The notes under the pieces: generated by a model
Databases searched by the model: none
The model's input: the letters and a program-made list of their open reading frames with translations, nothing else
What the model was told of the DNA's origin: nothing
Virus record (IMG/VR): IMGVR_UViG_3300048798_000032
Coordinates: 39,429-103,428 of that record
Length of the DNA stretch: 64,000 nucleotides
Source of the DNA: a virus
Reading direction: 5' to 3' (one strand)
Translations under genes and position numbers: made by a program
Part shown: piece by piece, positions 22,826 through 31,582 of the stretch
Numbering within the stretch: position 1 is the stretch's first letter
Layout: every line of letters starts with the position of its first letter

Positions 22826-23278
22826 ATGGCTGAACCACTCCACGTCGGCACCCTCAGCGCTGACCATCTTTACCGCGTCCTGGTGACCGGCAGCCGCACT
22901 TGGGACGATCCTGAAGCGGTCGTGTTCGAACTCGCCGGGCTGTCGCTCCAGCACGCGCCAATCGTCGTGATCCACGGTGCAGCCAGAGATGGTGCCGACC
23001 GGTTCGCCCGCTTGGCCGCGAACGCGATCGGCGTACCCGAGGAACCCCACCCGGCCGACTGGCACAAGTACAACCGCCGCGCCGGGATGATCCGCAACGC
23101 CGAGATGGTGAAGGCTGGGGCCGATGTCTGCCTCGCCTTCATCATGCCCTGCCGCTTGGCGAGCTGTGACCGTGGCGGCCCGCACGGCACCCACGGGGCA
23201 ACCCATTGTGCAGACCTAGCCGGGAAGGCAGCCATCGAAGTCCGGAGATTCACGAGCAGCAGCGGCGAGGAGATGTAG
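22826..23278 (+). CDS. SLOG-superfamily (DUF2493/YspA-like) protein
   Basis: VLVTGSRTW, IHGAARDGAD, PADWHKY.RRAGMIRNAEMV. Confidence 0.85.
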   Translation: MAEPLHVGTLSADHLYRVLVTGSRTWDDPEAVVFELAGLSLQHAPIVVIHGAARDGADRFARLAANAIGVPEEPHPADWHKYNRRAGMIRNAEMVKAGADVCLAFIMPCRLASCDRGGPHGTHGATHCADLAGKAAIEVRRFTSSSGEEM

Positions 23279-23387
23279 CCATCTTGCCGGGCAGTACAGC
23301 AAGCAAGACGCTTACGGAGCACTACAGGAAGCGGCATGACGGTTAATTGCGTTGCCCGATCAGCCCCGAAGATGGAGAGTCCTGAAC

Positions 23388-25487
23388 ATGGAAATGCTGA
23401 CCAAGCACCTGATGAACTGGGCGTCGATCCTGGAGCCGAACACTCTGGAGCAGGCGCGGCGCACCTCCGAGATGCCGTTCATCCATCCTTGGGTGGCATT
23501 GATGCCAGACGCCCATCTCGGCAAGGGCTCCACGGTCGGCTCCGTCATCCCCACCCTCGGCGCGATCATGCCCGCGGCGGTCGGGGTCGACATCGGCTGC
23601 GTAGACGCTCAGAGCGAGTACCTGTCACCGTCTGGCTGGCGCAAGATCAGTGAGTACCGCGGCGGTCCCGTCATGCAGTACGAACCGCTCACCGGACTAG
23701 CCCGGTTCGTAGAGCCGTCGGCCTACATCGTGAAGGCGTGCGAGGAGTTCTACCAGCTTAAGACCAAATACGGCATCGACCAGATGCTGTCCGCCGATCA
23801 TCGCGTCCTCTGCTGGAAGATCACGGGCCGCGCTAGGTGCCGGGTCATGATGGTGATCCCCGCCGCTGATTTCGCGGCTGAGCACGCTCGACTGAGGCAG
23901 GGATTCAAGGCGGAGTTCAAGACTACGTTCACGCCGGACTTGGATACCAAAGTCGATCTGAGTGATGCGCAGATTCGGGTGCAGGTCATGGCAAACGCCG
24001 ACAGCACCTTGAATCACGGGGCAGCCGTCCTTCATCTCCAGAAGGAACGCAAGATCACGCGCGCCCGGCAACTCCTCGCTGATGCCGGTATCGCCTGGAC
24101 AGAAAACGCCAACCGGGACGGCACCGCGACCATCCGGTTCCACGCGCCGATCGCGGAGAAGTCCTACGAGCCATTCTGGGAAGCGTCGGCCGCGCAACTT
24201 GCGGTGATCGCGGAGGAATGCTTGCTCTGGGATGGCAATCTGGATGACCGCTGCTTCTACACCAGAACCCGCGCCGAAGCCGACTTCATCCAGTACGCGT
24301 TCACGGCCTGCGGCTACCGCGCCGTGCTCCGCTCGGATGACCACTACCGGGATGGACAGCCCGACTACCGCGTGTTTGCCAACACCAACACCATGATCAG
24401 CATGAGTGGTGTTCCCAAAACCGAGATCACCACAGAGCCAAGCCCCGACGGCTACGCCTACTGTTTCACCGTCCCGTCGGGCTTCTGGGTGATGCGCAGG
24501 GGTGGCAACGTGGCCATGACCGGCAACTGCGGTATGCATGCCGTTCAGACGAGCCTGACTGCGGCCGACGTCCGCAAGCAGGGCGACCTGGCCGCGCTCC
24601 GTGAGGCGATCGAGGGCGCGATACCGCTGTCGGCAGGCAAGTACAACGAATCCGTCTACGACCCCGAGACCGACGAGCGCATAGCGGAGCTGGAGCAGAA
24701 AGACGGTGCAGCGAGCGCGGAGCAGATAGCGCCGAACTGGCGGCTTCAGCTCGGTTCCCTCGGTTCGGGTAACCACTTCATCGAGGTCAGTCTTGACGAG
24801 CATGGATCTGTGTGGCTGTTCCTGCACTCGGGTTCCCGTGGCGTTGGCAACAAGCTTGCCGTACGGCACATCAAGATCGCCCAGCAGCAGGCGAAGAAGT
24901 GGTGGATCGGCCTGCCTGACCCGGACTTGGCCTACCTCGTGGAAGGCACCGATGAGTTCTGGGCTTACATTCGCGACCTGCGGTGGGCACAGCATTTCGC
25001 TCTGCTGAACCGGCAGGAGATGATGCACCGCGTCATGCTCTGCGTGGATGCCTGGTACGGGCACCCGATCACCGGTCTCCAGGTAGTGCAGTGTCACCAC
25101 AACTACACCGAGCGCGAGAAGCATTTCGGCAAGGATGTCTGGCTCAGCCGTAAGGGCGCGATCGACGCGAGTGACGGCAAGCTCGGCCTCATCCCCGGCT
25201 CGATGGGCACGCGCTCCTATGTGGTCCGGGGGAAGGGCAACCGCCAGTCGCTCAACTCCTCGCCACACGGTGCCGGGCGCCAGCATTCACGTTCGGCCGC
25301 CCGCAGGACGTTCACCCGTGCCGAGCTGGACGCCGCGATGGAAGGTATCGAGTGGGGCCGCTCAGATGCGTTCCTGGACGAGATTCCCGGGGCCTACAAG
25401 GACGTTGACGTGGTGATGGCCGACGCCGCAGACCTCGTTGAGCCAATCCACACGCTGCGGCAGATCGTAAACGTGAAGGGCGATTGA
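23388..25487 (+). CDS. rtcB: RtcB RNA ligase containing an intein
   Basis: MPDAHLGKG, AVGVDIG/CG, LGSLGSGNHF, LHSGSRG, CHHNY, SRKGA, IPGSMG, HGAGR, DEIPGAYKD. Confidence 0.95.
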   Translation: MEMLTKHLMNWASILEPNTLEQARRTSEMPFIHPWVALMPDAHLGKGSTVGSVIPTLGAIMPAAVGVDIGCVDAQSEYLSPSGWRKISEYRGGPVMQYEPLTGLARFVEPSAYIVKACEEFYQLKTKYGIDQMLSADHRVLCWKITGRARCRVMMVIPAADFAAEHARLRQGFKAEFKTTFTPDLDTKVDLSDAQIRVQVMANADSTLNHGAAVLHLQKERKITRARQLLADAGIAWTENANRDGTATIRFHAPIAEKSYEPFWEASAAQLAVIAEECLLWDGNLDDRCFYTRTRAEADFIQYAFTACGYRAVLRSDDHYRDGQPDYRVFANTNTMISMSGVPKTEITTEPSPDGYAYCFTVPSGFWVMRRGGNVAMTGNCGMHAVQTSLTAADVRKQGDLAALREAIEGAIPLSAGKYNESVYDPETDERIAELEQKDGAASAEQIAPNWRLQLGSLGSGNHFIEVSLDEHGSVWLFLHSGSRGVGNKLAVRHIKIAQQQAKKWWIGLPDPDLAYLVEGTDEFWAYIRDLRWAQHFALLNRQEMMHRVMLCVDAWYGHPITGLQVVQCHHNYTEREKHFGKDVWLSRKGAIDASDGKLGLIPGSMGTRSYVVRGKGNRQSLNSSPHGAGRQHSRSAARRTFTRAELDAAMEGIEWGRSDAFLDEIPGAYKDVDVVMADAADLVEPIHTLRQIVNVKGD
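23598..24527 (+). mobile_element. intein (310 aa) with probable degenerate LAGLIDADG domain
   Basis: starts CVDAQSEYL, block B SADHRV, ends YCFTVPSGFWVMRRGGNVAMTGN before the extein Cys. Confidence 0.9.
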
Positions 25488-25599
25488 CGGGCGCGCTGTT
25501 ACGATAGAACCGATCACGCGAGAGGAGGCGCACCATGCGGCAGGCAACCAGCACCGCGAGTGCCTTCTCCCGACCGCGACCCACACACCGCTAAGCCAG

Positions 25600-25673
25600 T
25601 GGGGTGTGGGGAAGTTTGGTATCCCGCGTGATTTGGGATCACGAGATCGCCGGTTCGACTCCGGTCACCCCGA
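25600..25673 (+). tRNA. tRNA-Pro(TGG), CCA not encoded
   Basis: TGGGGTG/CACCCCG acceptor stem, CGTGA-TTTGGGA-TCACG anticodon arm, GCCGG-TTCGACT-CCGGT T arm. Confidence 0.9.
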
Positions 25674-25717
25674 CGCATCAGCCGCTCGCCGCTGAGATTG
25701 TTATCCTGAAACCACAA

Positions 25718-25790
25718 TGCCGGGTCGGCTAATCAGGCAGGCCACGTGATTCTGGGTCACGGCGTTGGGGTTCGAATCCCTGCCCGGCAG
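25718..25790 (+). tRNA. tRNA-Gln(CTG), CCA not encoded
   Basis: TGCCGGG/CCCGGCA acceptor stem, CGTGA-TTCTGGG-TCACG anticodon arm, TTCGAAT T loop. Confidence 0.88.
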
Positions 25791-25791
25791 C

Positions 25792-25861
25792 TTGAACATC
25801 CAAGTTACGTTGAACCTTCACGGCCTAGGTTCAAGTTTCAGGCCCGGAAGCTGAACCTTCA
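25792..25861. repeat. four YTGAACMT(TCA) boxes, three direct and one inverted
   Basis: 25792, 25810, 25851 direct; 25827 inverted. Confidence 0.6.
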
Positions 25862-25939
25862 GCCTCTCGACAGCGCCGCATGCAGCCGGTACACAGGGTT
25901 GTTCTCCAGGCCCTCCGCATGGTGGATGTACCGCTGGAC

Positions 25940-26929
25940 TCATCCCTCAGACCTCGCGCCGTAGCGAGTGGCCAGCACGTGCGCAGGATGCCTATCCAGG
26001 TTGTGCCGGGCCCGGTCGTAGCGGCGCGTTGTCCGCGGATCAGCATGGCCCATCGCGTCCTGGAGATCTCGCAGGTTGCCCCCAGCGTCCAGGTAGTCGG
26101 TGGCGAACGTATGCCGCAGCGAGTGGGGGGATAGCTGCCCAGCGGACGGAATATTGGCATTTCGGGCAAGCCGCTGGACGAGCTGGCGAATGTAGGCGCG
26201 GTCAAGACGGCCACCGTTGCGAGTAGCAAAAAGCGGGCCACGGGAAGGATCCCCACGTGCGGCCAGCATCGCGTCGATGACTTCGCCCAGCGCGGCGGGG
26301 AGAGGGATGCGCCTTGTGCGGCCGCCCTTCTGCCGGACGGTGAGCACCCGGTAGCCGCGGTCGCGGCCGAGGTCTTCAACGTTTGCCCCGATGGCGGAAC
26401 CGCAGCGGATGCCACCGTAAAGCAGGAGCCGGATGAGCGCGGAGGATCGCAGCCCGTCATCGTCGGCCGCGCGGCAGAGACGATCAGCCTCGGCGGTGCT
26501 CAGCCCGATCGTGGGGGAGTAGTCGGGATCAAGGCTGGGACGCCCGTCCGTATCGGCCGGATTGGTCTGGACGAGCGGCTGCGCGTCATCCTTGGTGTTG
26601 CGGTACAGGTACTTGTACCAAGAGGAGATCGCTGCGACGCGGCGGCCGATGCTTGATTCGGCGGCCGGGTGGCCATCGCCGTCAGGGCCGTATTCGCGCT
26701 GCCAGGCAACCCAGGCGTCTACATGCATCATCCGGGCACTGAGCGGACTGACATCACAGCGCTCACACCAGGCCAGCCACCGGGCAAGGTCTTTCCGGTA
26801 GGCGTCGGTGGTGGCTTTCGAGCGGCGCGCGAGCCATGCCGCAGTCAGCCGCGACAGCCGGGAAGCGTGCTCGGGGCTGACTGAAAGCCAGTATCCGTCA
26901 GGTGCTGAAAGGGTAAGATCGGCGGTCAT
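25940..26929 (-). CDS. XerC/D-like tyrosine recombinase (resolvase)
   Basis: GIRCG, QKGG, PHSLRHTFAT, MGHADPRTTRRY. Confidence 0.92.
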   Translation of the reverse strand: MTADLTLSAPDGYWLSVSPEHASRLSRLTAAWLARRSKATTDAYRKDLARWLAWCERCDVSPLSARMMHVDAWVAWQREYGPDGDGHPAAESSIGRRVAAISSWYKYLYRNTKDDAQPLVQTNPADTDGRPSLDPDYSPTIGLSTAEADRLCRAADDDGLRSSALIRLLLYGGIRCGSAIGANVEDLGRDRGYRVLTVRQKGGRTRRIPLPAALGEVIDAMLAARGDPSRGPLFATRNGGRLDRAYIRQLVQRLARNANIPSAGQLSPHSLRHTFATDYLDAGGNLRDLQDAMGHADPRTTRRYDRARHNLDRHPAHVLATRYGARSEG

Positions 26930-26931
26930 AG

Positions 26932-26959
26932 GACCAACATAACCTGTGTTATGGAGTAC
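26932..26959. other. dif/res-like recombination site
   Basis: GACCAACATAA-CCTGTG-TTATGGAGTAC, 11-6-11 layout with CATAA/TTATG core. Confidence 0.6.
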
Positions 26960-27149
26960 CGGCCGAAGGCACGCCGAGAGGGGTTTGGGGTGCCCCGTCC
27001 GCACGTTCCATGACTGCCGCTACCGCATCAGCGACCGAACGCAGAGCTTCCGCCCGTGACTCACCCTGGCCAAAGCATCCGGGGAAGTACGGGCAGCCAG
27101 CAACCCATCCGTCGTCTTGATCATCTTTCCGCAGGGTGAATACGATCAT
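26949..27149 (-). CDS. HicB-like antitoxin domain protein
   Basis: GWVAGCPYFPGCFGQGESRAEALRSVADA. Confidence 0.8.
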   Translation of the reverse strand: MIVFTLRKDDQDDGWVAGCPYFPGCFGQGESRAEALRSVADAVAAVMERADGAPQTPLGVPSAGTP

Positions 27150-27171
27150 GGAGCATCCCCCTCCGGGACCA

Positions 27172-27375
27172 TCAGGCGCTCACCCGCGCGGCTTTCTCGG
27201 CCGCCTCAAGCTCCTTCTGCCACGCGAGGAAGCTGGACTCGCGGTAGAGCACCCGGCGGCCGAACTTGGTCCCCGGTGGCCCGTAGCCGATGGAGCGCCA
27301 GTACCGGACAGTGCTCTCGGGCGTGCTGTTCAGGCGCTCCCCCACTTCCTTCGTGCTCAGCCAGCGATCTTCCAT
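27172..27375 (-). CDS. excisionase / AlpA-type HTH
   Basis: LSTKEVGERL..TVRYWRSIGYGPPGTKFGRRVLY. Confidence 0.85.
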   Translation of the reverse strand: MEDRWLSTKEVGERLNSTPESTVRYWRSIGYGPPGTKFGRRVLYRESSFLAWQKELEAAEKAARVSA

Positions 27376-27480
27376 GATGGCAATCTCCTCCGGGTTGCGG
27401 TACCTTAACCGCTATGCGTTGGATATTGCCACGTTGCGTTGGTAGACGCAAGCTACGCCGGGTTGTAGGGTAATATTCCC

Positions 27481-28011
27481 ATGACGAATGAGACACGGCA
27501 GCGTGAGCCGATACCCCCCGCGAAGCTGCGCGAGATGTACGGCGACGACCCCGAGCGCATCCTCGGCCGGCGCCTGCGGGCATTGCGGGAGGAGGCGGGC
27601 ATGACGCAAACGCAACTGGCCGATGCGATGACCCGCCAGGGCTTCCCCATGCACCAGACCATGATCGGCAAGGTGGAGGCGAACCAGCGGCCCGTCCGTG
27701 TCAACGAGGCCGCCGCGCTCGCTGGCATTCTCGGTTTCGCGCTGCCCGACCTGCTGGCCGACCCAGACCTGAACGCCGAGACATCCGCGCTGCGGGATGA
27801 ACTGCGGCAGGCGACCGCGCGGCGGCTGGACGCCGAGGCGCGATACGCGCAACTGAAAGCCGCCCTGGCCGAAGTGACCGTCAGCCTGTCGGCGGCCACC
27901 GAGGAACGCAACCGCGCCGACGAAGCAGAACGGGAAGCACGCCGCCTGTACCGGCTCGCGCGCCGCCGCTCCGCAGGCCACTCCCCCGCAGAGGACGAGG
28001 CTGATGGCTAG
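27481..28011 (+). CDS. XRE-family immunity repressor with coiled-coil tail
   Basis: LRALREEAGMTQTQLA..QTMIGKVEANQR; divergent from xis, upstream of int. Confidence 0.8.
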   Translation: MTNETRQREPIPPAKLREMYGDDPERILGRRLRALREEAGMTQTQLADAMTRQGFPMHQTMIGKVEANQRPVRVNEAAALAGILGFALPDLLADPDLNAETSALRDELRQATARRLDAEARYAQLKAALAEVTVSLSAATEERNRADEAEREARRLYRLARRRSAGHSPAEDEADG

Positions 28012-29206
28012 CATCGCCAAGCGCCCCAATGGCCGCTGGCGCGCCCGCTACCGGGACGCTGCGGGCAAGGAGCACGCCCGGCACTTTGACCGCAAGACGG
28101 ATGCCCAGAAGTGGCTGGACGCCATCACGGCCGATCTGGTCAAGGGGACCTATGTGGACCCGAAGACGGCCCGGATCACCGTGGCCCGCTGGTGCGACAC
28201 GTGGCTGGACGGGTACGGCACGCAGCGCAAATCCACCGTCAGGCAGGCCCGCGTGCATGTCCAGCGCATCAAGGCGGCATTCGGCCCGCAGCCCTTGTCC
28301 TCGGTACGGGCTTCCCAGGTGAAGTCGTGGACGTCCAGCCTCGTTGCCGAGGGCCTCGCCCCGTCCTACATCTATGCCCTGCACACCCGGCTGGCGCAGA
28401 TCATGAACGACGCCGTGATCGACGGCATCATCCCCCGCTCCCCCTGCTCGAGAAAGACCTCGCCGGGGCAAGGGGATCAGCGGCCTTACGTGGCCACCAC
28501 GGAGCAGGTGTTCGCCCTGCACGACGCGATGCCGGAACGGCTGCGCGCCGCGATCCTGCTTGGCGCGTTCGCTGGCCTGCGGTGCGCTGAGGCGTGCGGG
28601 CTGCGGGTACCGGACGTGGATTTCATGCGCGGGGTCATCAGCCCGGCCGTCCAGTTCCCGGCCGAGCCGCTCAAGAGCGACGTTTCCCGCACGCCCATCC
28701 CCATCGCACCATCGGTCACGCTGGCCCTGTCTGAGCAGGTGCGGCTGTTTCCCGGCGCAACCGTGCTTACCGGGGCGGACGGTGGCCAGCTCAGCACCTG
28801 GGCACTGGAGCGCGCTATCCGGACCTGCCGGGCCAGGGTGTACGCCTGTTCTGAATGTGAGACCGTCCAGGCCCGGCGCGGGCGCAAGTTCCGCTGCTCA
28901 TCCTGCGGGTCAGCGAACGGAACCCCTTCCCTGCCGCCAGGGTTCCGTTACCACGACCTGCGGCACTACTTCGCCAGCCTGCTCATCGCTGCCCGCGAGG
29001 ACGTGAAGAAGGTGCAGGCGAGGATGCGGCATGCTCTGGCCACGACGACACTCAACACCTACGGCCACCTGTGGCCCGATAGCGATGAGACCAGCCGGGT
29101 AGCCGTGGAAGCCGTCTTCGAGGGGCGCCGCCGGGGTCCGGGCGGACCTTCTGAGGACAGCAGTGATCATCCGTTTACATCTCCCCAGGTCAGGAAGGCA
29201 AAATGA
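28004..29206 (+). CDS. int: tyrosine integrase
   Basis: arm-binding N-terminus (RWRARYRD), AGLRCAE, HDLRHYFAS, MRHA..TLNTYGHLW. Confidence 0.95.
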   Translation: MASIAKRPNGRWRARYRDAAGKEHARHFDRKTDAQKWLDAITADLVKGTYVDPKTARITVARWCDTWLDGYGTQRKSTVRQARVHVQRIKAAFGPQPLSSVRASQVKSWTSSLVAEGLAPSYIYALHTRLAQIMNDAVIDGIIPRSPCSRKTSPGQGDQRPYVATTEQVFALHDAMPERLRAAILLGAFAGLRCAEACGLRVPDVDFMRGVISPAVQFPAEPLKSDVSRTPIPIAPSVTLALSEQVRLFPGATVLTGADGGQLSTWALERAIRTCRARVYACSECETVQARRGRKFRCSSCGSANGTPSLPPGFRYHDLRHYFASLLIAAREDVKKVQARMRHALATTTLNTYGHLWPDSDETSRVAVEAVFEGRRRGPGGPSEDSSDHPFTSPQVRKAK

Positions 29207-29366
29207 CTAGCAGTCGTAATAGAGCTCGAACTCGTAACGGGGTAACCGTCTCCGCAGCCCAGAGCGGCGAGGTGCCCGCAGCCTGCGGCAACCATGCGTT
29301 GGCTAGCGTTGGAAAACATCACCGGGCGTTGGCTGTAATTGAACGTCTTGCGGACGGACTGCGGAC
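29141..29366. other. putative attP: core 29207-29243 resembling the glnA 3' end, with arm-type repeats
   Basis: minus strand of 29207-29236 reads YEFELYYDC-stop; paired (T/G)G(C/A)GGAC heptamers 11 nt apart at 29141/29152 and 29349/29360. Confidence 0.75.
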
Positions 29367-29411
29367 CAGCCGCCCGCTTGCGCTCGGTGCCATCTTCCCG
29401 GCGGTGACGTG

Positions 29412-30933
29412 ATGGGTCAAGAGCGCAGCAACGAGCAAGGGCCGGCCGGGCCGAGGTACACCCAATTCGGCGTGGCGTCCCGTATCAGTGCCGCTTGCGG
29501 AGCCCAGGTGCTCACCTGCGAGGACTGCGGCGTGCTCGTCACCAACGAGAAGGCGCACACCCGGTTCCATTCCATCCTGAGCGGTCACGCCTGGTCGCTC
29601 GCTGTGCTGAAGACGGCTCACATCGCTGATCACGTCCACGATCAGTACAACGTGGTGGAGCGCATCGACAGCAGGAAGTTCGACTCCTGGAGTGCCGACG
29701 CGCTGGCCGAAGTAATGGCCGGCCTTGAGACCGGGCCCGCTGACGAGCCAGAGCATGACGAGCGCTGCTGCATGAACGGCATCGCCCCCGGCAAAGGGCC
29801 GCATCCTGATTGCCCTGGTGTCCAGATTGGTCACGGTAATACCCAGACCAATGTATTCGGAGGGTAGTCATGCCCGAGGTTCCTGAAGCGCTGGATCCCG
29901 CGACCAGCAAAGGCATCCGCATAACGGCGACCGATCTGGACGCGGGCGACAGCGATAGCAAGGTCATCTGGAATGACTATGTTCTGACGTGCGCCGGCTC
30001 CTGCTACGTGGATCATGTTCAGGCGTACGCCAACGGCACGCACGTGATCACCGTCAAGGGGCGTCGCGGTGCCTGACTCCACTTCTCCCCTCGATGCTGG
30101 TCTTTCACCAGCCAGACGAGCCCGTCTCCGTACACAGGACGCCACCCGGATCGCTGCTGCGCTCAAGATGGCACAGCGGGAACTGGAAACCGCTGCCGCG
30201 CCGATGCGGCTATGGCGTGTCCAGCGGGTGGAAGCGGCCGAGGCCGCACCGGAATTCGGTGGCCACAAGGCGCGCGCTGACCGGCGCTGCACATCTGCCC
30301 GGCAGGGCGCAGAGGTCAAGGCGGTACTGAAAGCACTGGGAGGCTGATCATGAGTAGCCCCATGGATATCGACATCAAGCTTCCCATCACGGGCAACGGA
30401 TGGATTCAGGTCAAGGTCGCCGTACCTGACATTGAGGCGCTCAGCGGGTTCGATCGGCAGTTCTTCCTCTCGGTACTGGAGAAGATTGCCGCCTTCGCGC
30501 CCATCGCGCTCAATGATCCAGTTCACCCGTCCCATCCGGTCACGGTCAGGCAGGTTGACGTTCCCGAAGTCCTGCGCGGGGTCGTAGGTGGCCGGCCATG
30601 AACACCCACACCACCGATGTCTCCCGCCGCGCCCGTCTCCGCAAGCAGGACGCAGACCGGATAGCCGCATCATTCGATACGGCACGTAAAGCCATGGAGA
30701 CAGCCTCTGTCACCTGGGGCCTGTGGGCTGATGATGTGCGGGCATGCACCGAAGCACGGCTAGGCCGGTCCTATGAGCCACACGATCCCGCTGTCCTGGG
30801 TGACCCCGAGTACAGCGCGGCCCTGGATGTGAGAGGGCTGATCGGTGAGGTGATAGCCCGGCTGGAAGATGCGGCGGGGAAGTTTGCCGAGGTGGAGAAA
30901 AGCGCAGCAGCAAGGGGAGGTGGCCAGCCGTGA
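29412..30933 (+). other. five hypothetical ORFs (29412-29867, 29870-30076, 30069-30347, 30350-30601, 30598-30933)
   Basis: coupled ORFs with RBSs. Confidence 0.55.
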
Positions 30934-31005
30934 CAAGGTGCGACTCGCCAGACGTAAAGGACATGGCAGCAACGAGGAGCGTGGGGTACGCTCCGGATTA
31001 GCATC

Positions 31006-31075
31006 GTTGCCCGGTGCGCAGGCAGCGGATACTTCTGGTGATGAAAATACCGCAGCCGTCTTGATCTCGGGCAGC
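31006..31075 (+). ncRNA. Y-RNA-like unit 1 (short loop cargo)
   Basis: GTTGCCCG-GTGCGCAGG..TACTTC..TTGATCT-CGGGCAGC closing stem. Confidence 0.7.
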
Positions 31076-31093
31076 ACAACTAAAGATGATCAC

Positions 31094-31137
31094 ACTCCCG
31101 GTGCGCACGTCACCCACGCCGACTTGATCTCGGGGGT
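31094..31137 (+). ncRNA. Y-RNA-like unit 2 (minimal or internally deleted)
   Basis: ACTCCCG-GTGCGCA..CTTGATCT-CGGGGGT; lacks TACTTC and cargo. Confidence 0.55.
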
Positions 31138-31157
31138 TCACAACTGAAGATGTTCCA

Positions 31158-31273
31158 CCCCTGGTGCGCAGGATGACGGCTACTTCATGGTTCGAATCCA
31201 CGCGCAGGCTCCGAAAGGCTCGCCTGTGTCGCCCAACTGGCAGGGCTACTCCGTCGCCGCTTGATCTCAGGGG
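31158..31273 (+). ncRNA. Y RNA unit 3, YrlA-type permuted tRNA mimic
   Basis: T arm TGG-TTCGAAT-CCA, closed acceptor-like stem CGCAGGC/GCCTGTG, D arm GCCC-AACTGGCA-GGGC, inside the conserved stem. Confidence 0.85.
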
Positions 31274-31294
31274 CTCATAACTGAATACGTCGCA

Positions 31295-31415
31295 CCTCCC
31301 GGTGCGAAGGTGAACGGGTACTTCTTGCCAGGGCGCAAGTCCAAAGATCGGCCAGCTCAAGAAACTGGCACCCACCTTCGGGTGGTCACCCGGTCGCTGC
31401 CATGATCTCGGGAGG
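31295..31415 (+). ncRNA. Y-RNA-like unit 4 (three-hairpin cargo)
   Basis: CCTCCCG/CGGGAGG stem; GCAA tetraloop, GCCAG-CTCAAGAAA-CTGGC and C(TTCG)G hairpins. Confidence 0.75.
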
Positions 31416-31428
31416 AGCAACGTCATAG

Positions 31429-31543
31429 CGTGCCCGGTGCGCAGGCGAGGGTTACTTCCTGACTGTTAATCAGGGTCTGACGGTTCGATTCCGTCGCAGG
31501 GTGGCCCCGTCCCGTACCCCTCACCGACTTGATCTCGGGCACG
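31429..31543 (+). ncRNA. Y-RNA-like unit 5 with tRNA-Asn(GTT) anticodon arm and T arm
   Basis: CCTGA-CTGTTAA-TCAGG, 4-nt variable loop, GACGG-TTCGATT-CCGTC; CGTGCCCG/CGGGCACG stem. Confidence 0.8.
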
Positions 31544-31551
31544 ACTAAACG

Positions 31552-31581
31552 AAGCTCCTCCCGCATGCGAGAGGAGCTTTT
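31552..31581 (+). terminator. terminator-like hairpin that overlaps the Ro60 RBS
   Basis: AAGCTCCTC..GAGGAGCTT then TT, directly before GTG 31583. Confidence 0.6.
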
Positions 31582-31582
31582 C

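Noticed and set aside
30964-30994. Promoter for the Y-RNA array (TGGCAG-N17-TACGCT within inverted repeat GGAGCGT/ACGCTCC)
   Set aside because: Plausible position, but the -35 match is too weak to call
31458-31495. Functional tRNA-Asn gene
   Set aside because: No D arm or acceptor stem; embedded in the Y-RNA scaffold
31529-31582. ORF-track start of the TROVE gene
   Set aside because: Overlaps RNA unit 5; GTG 31583 has a GAGGAG RBS
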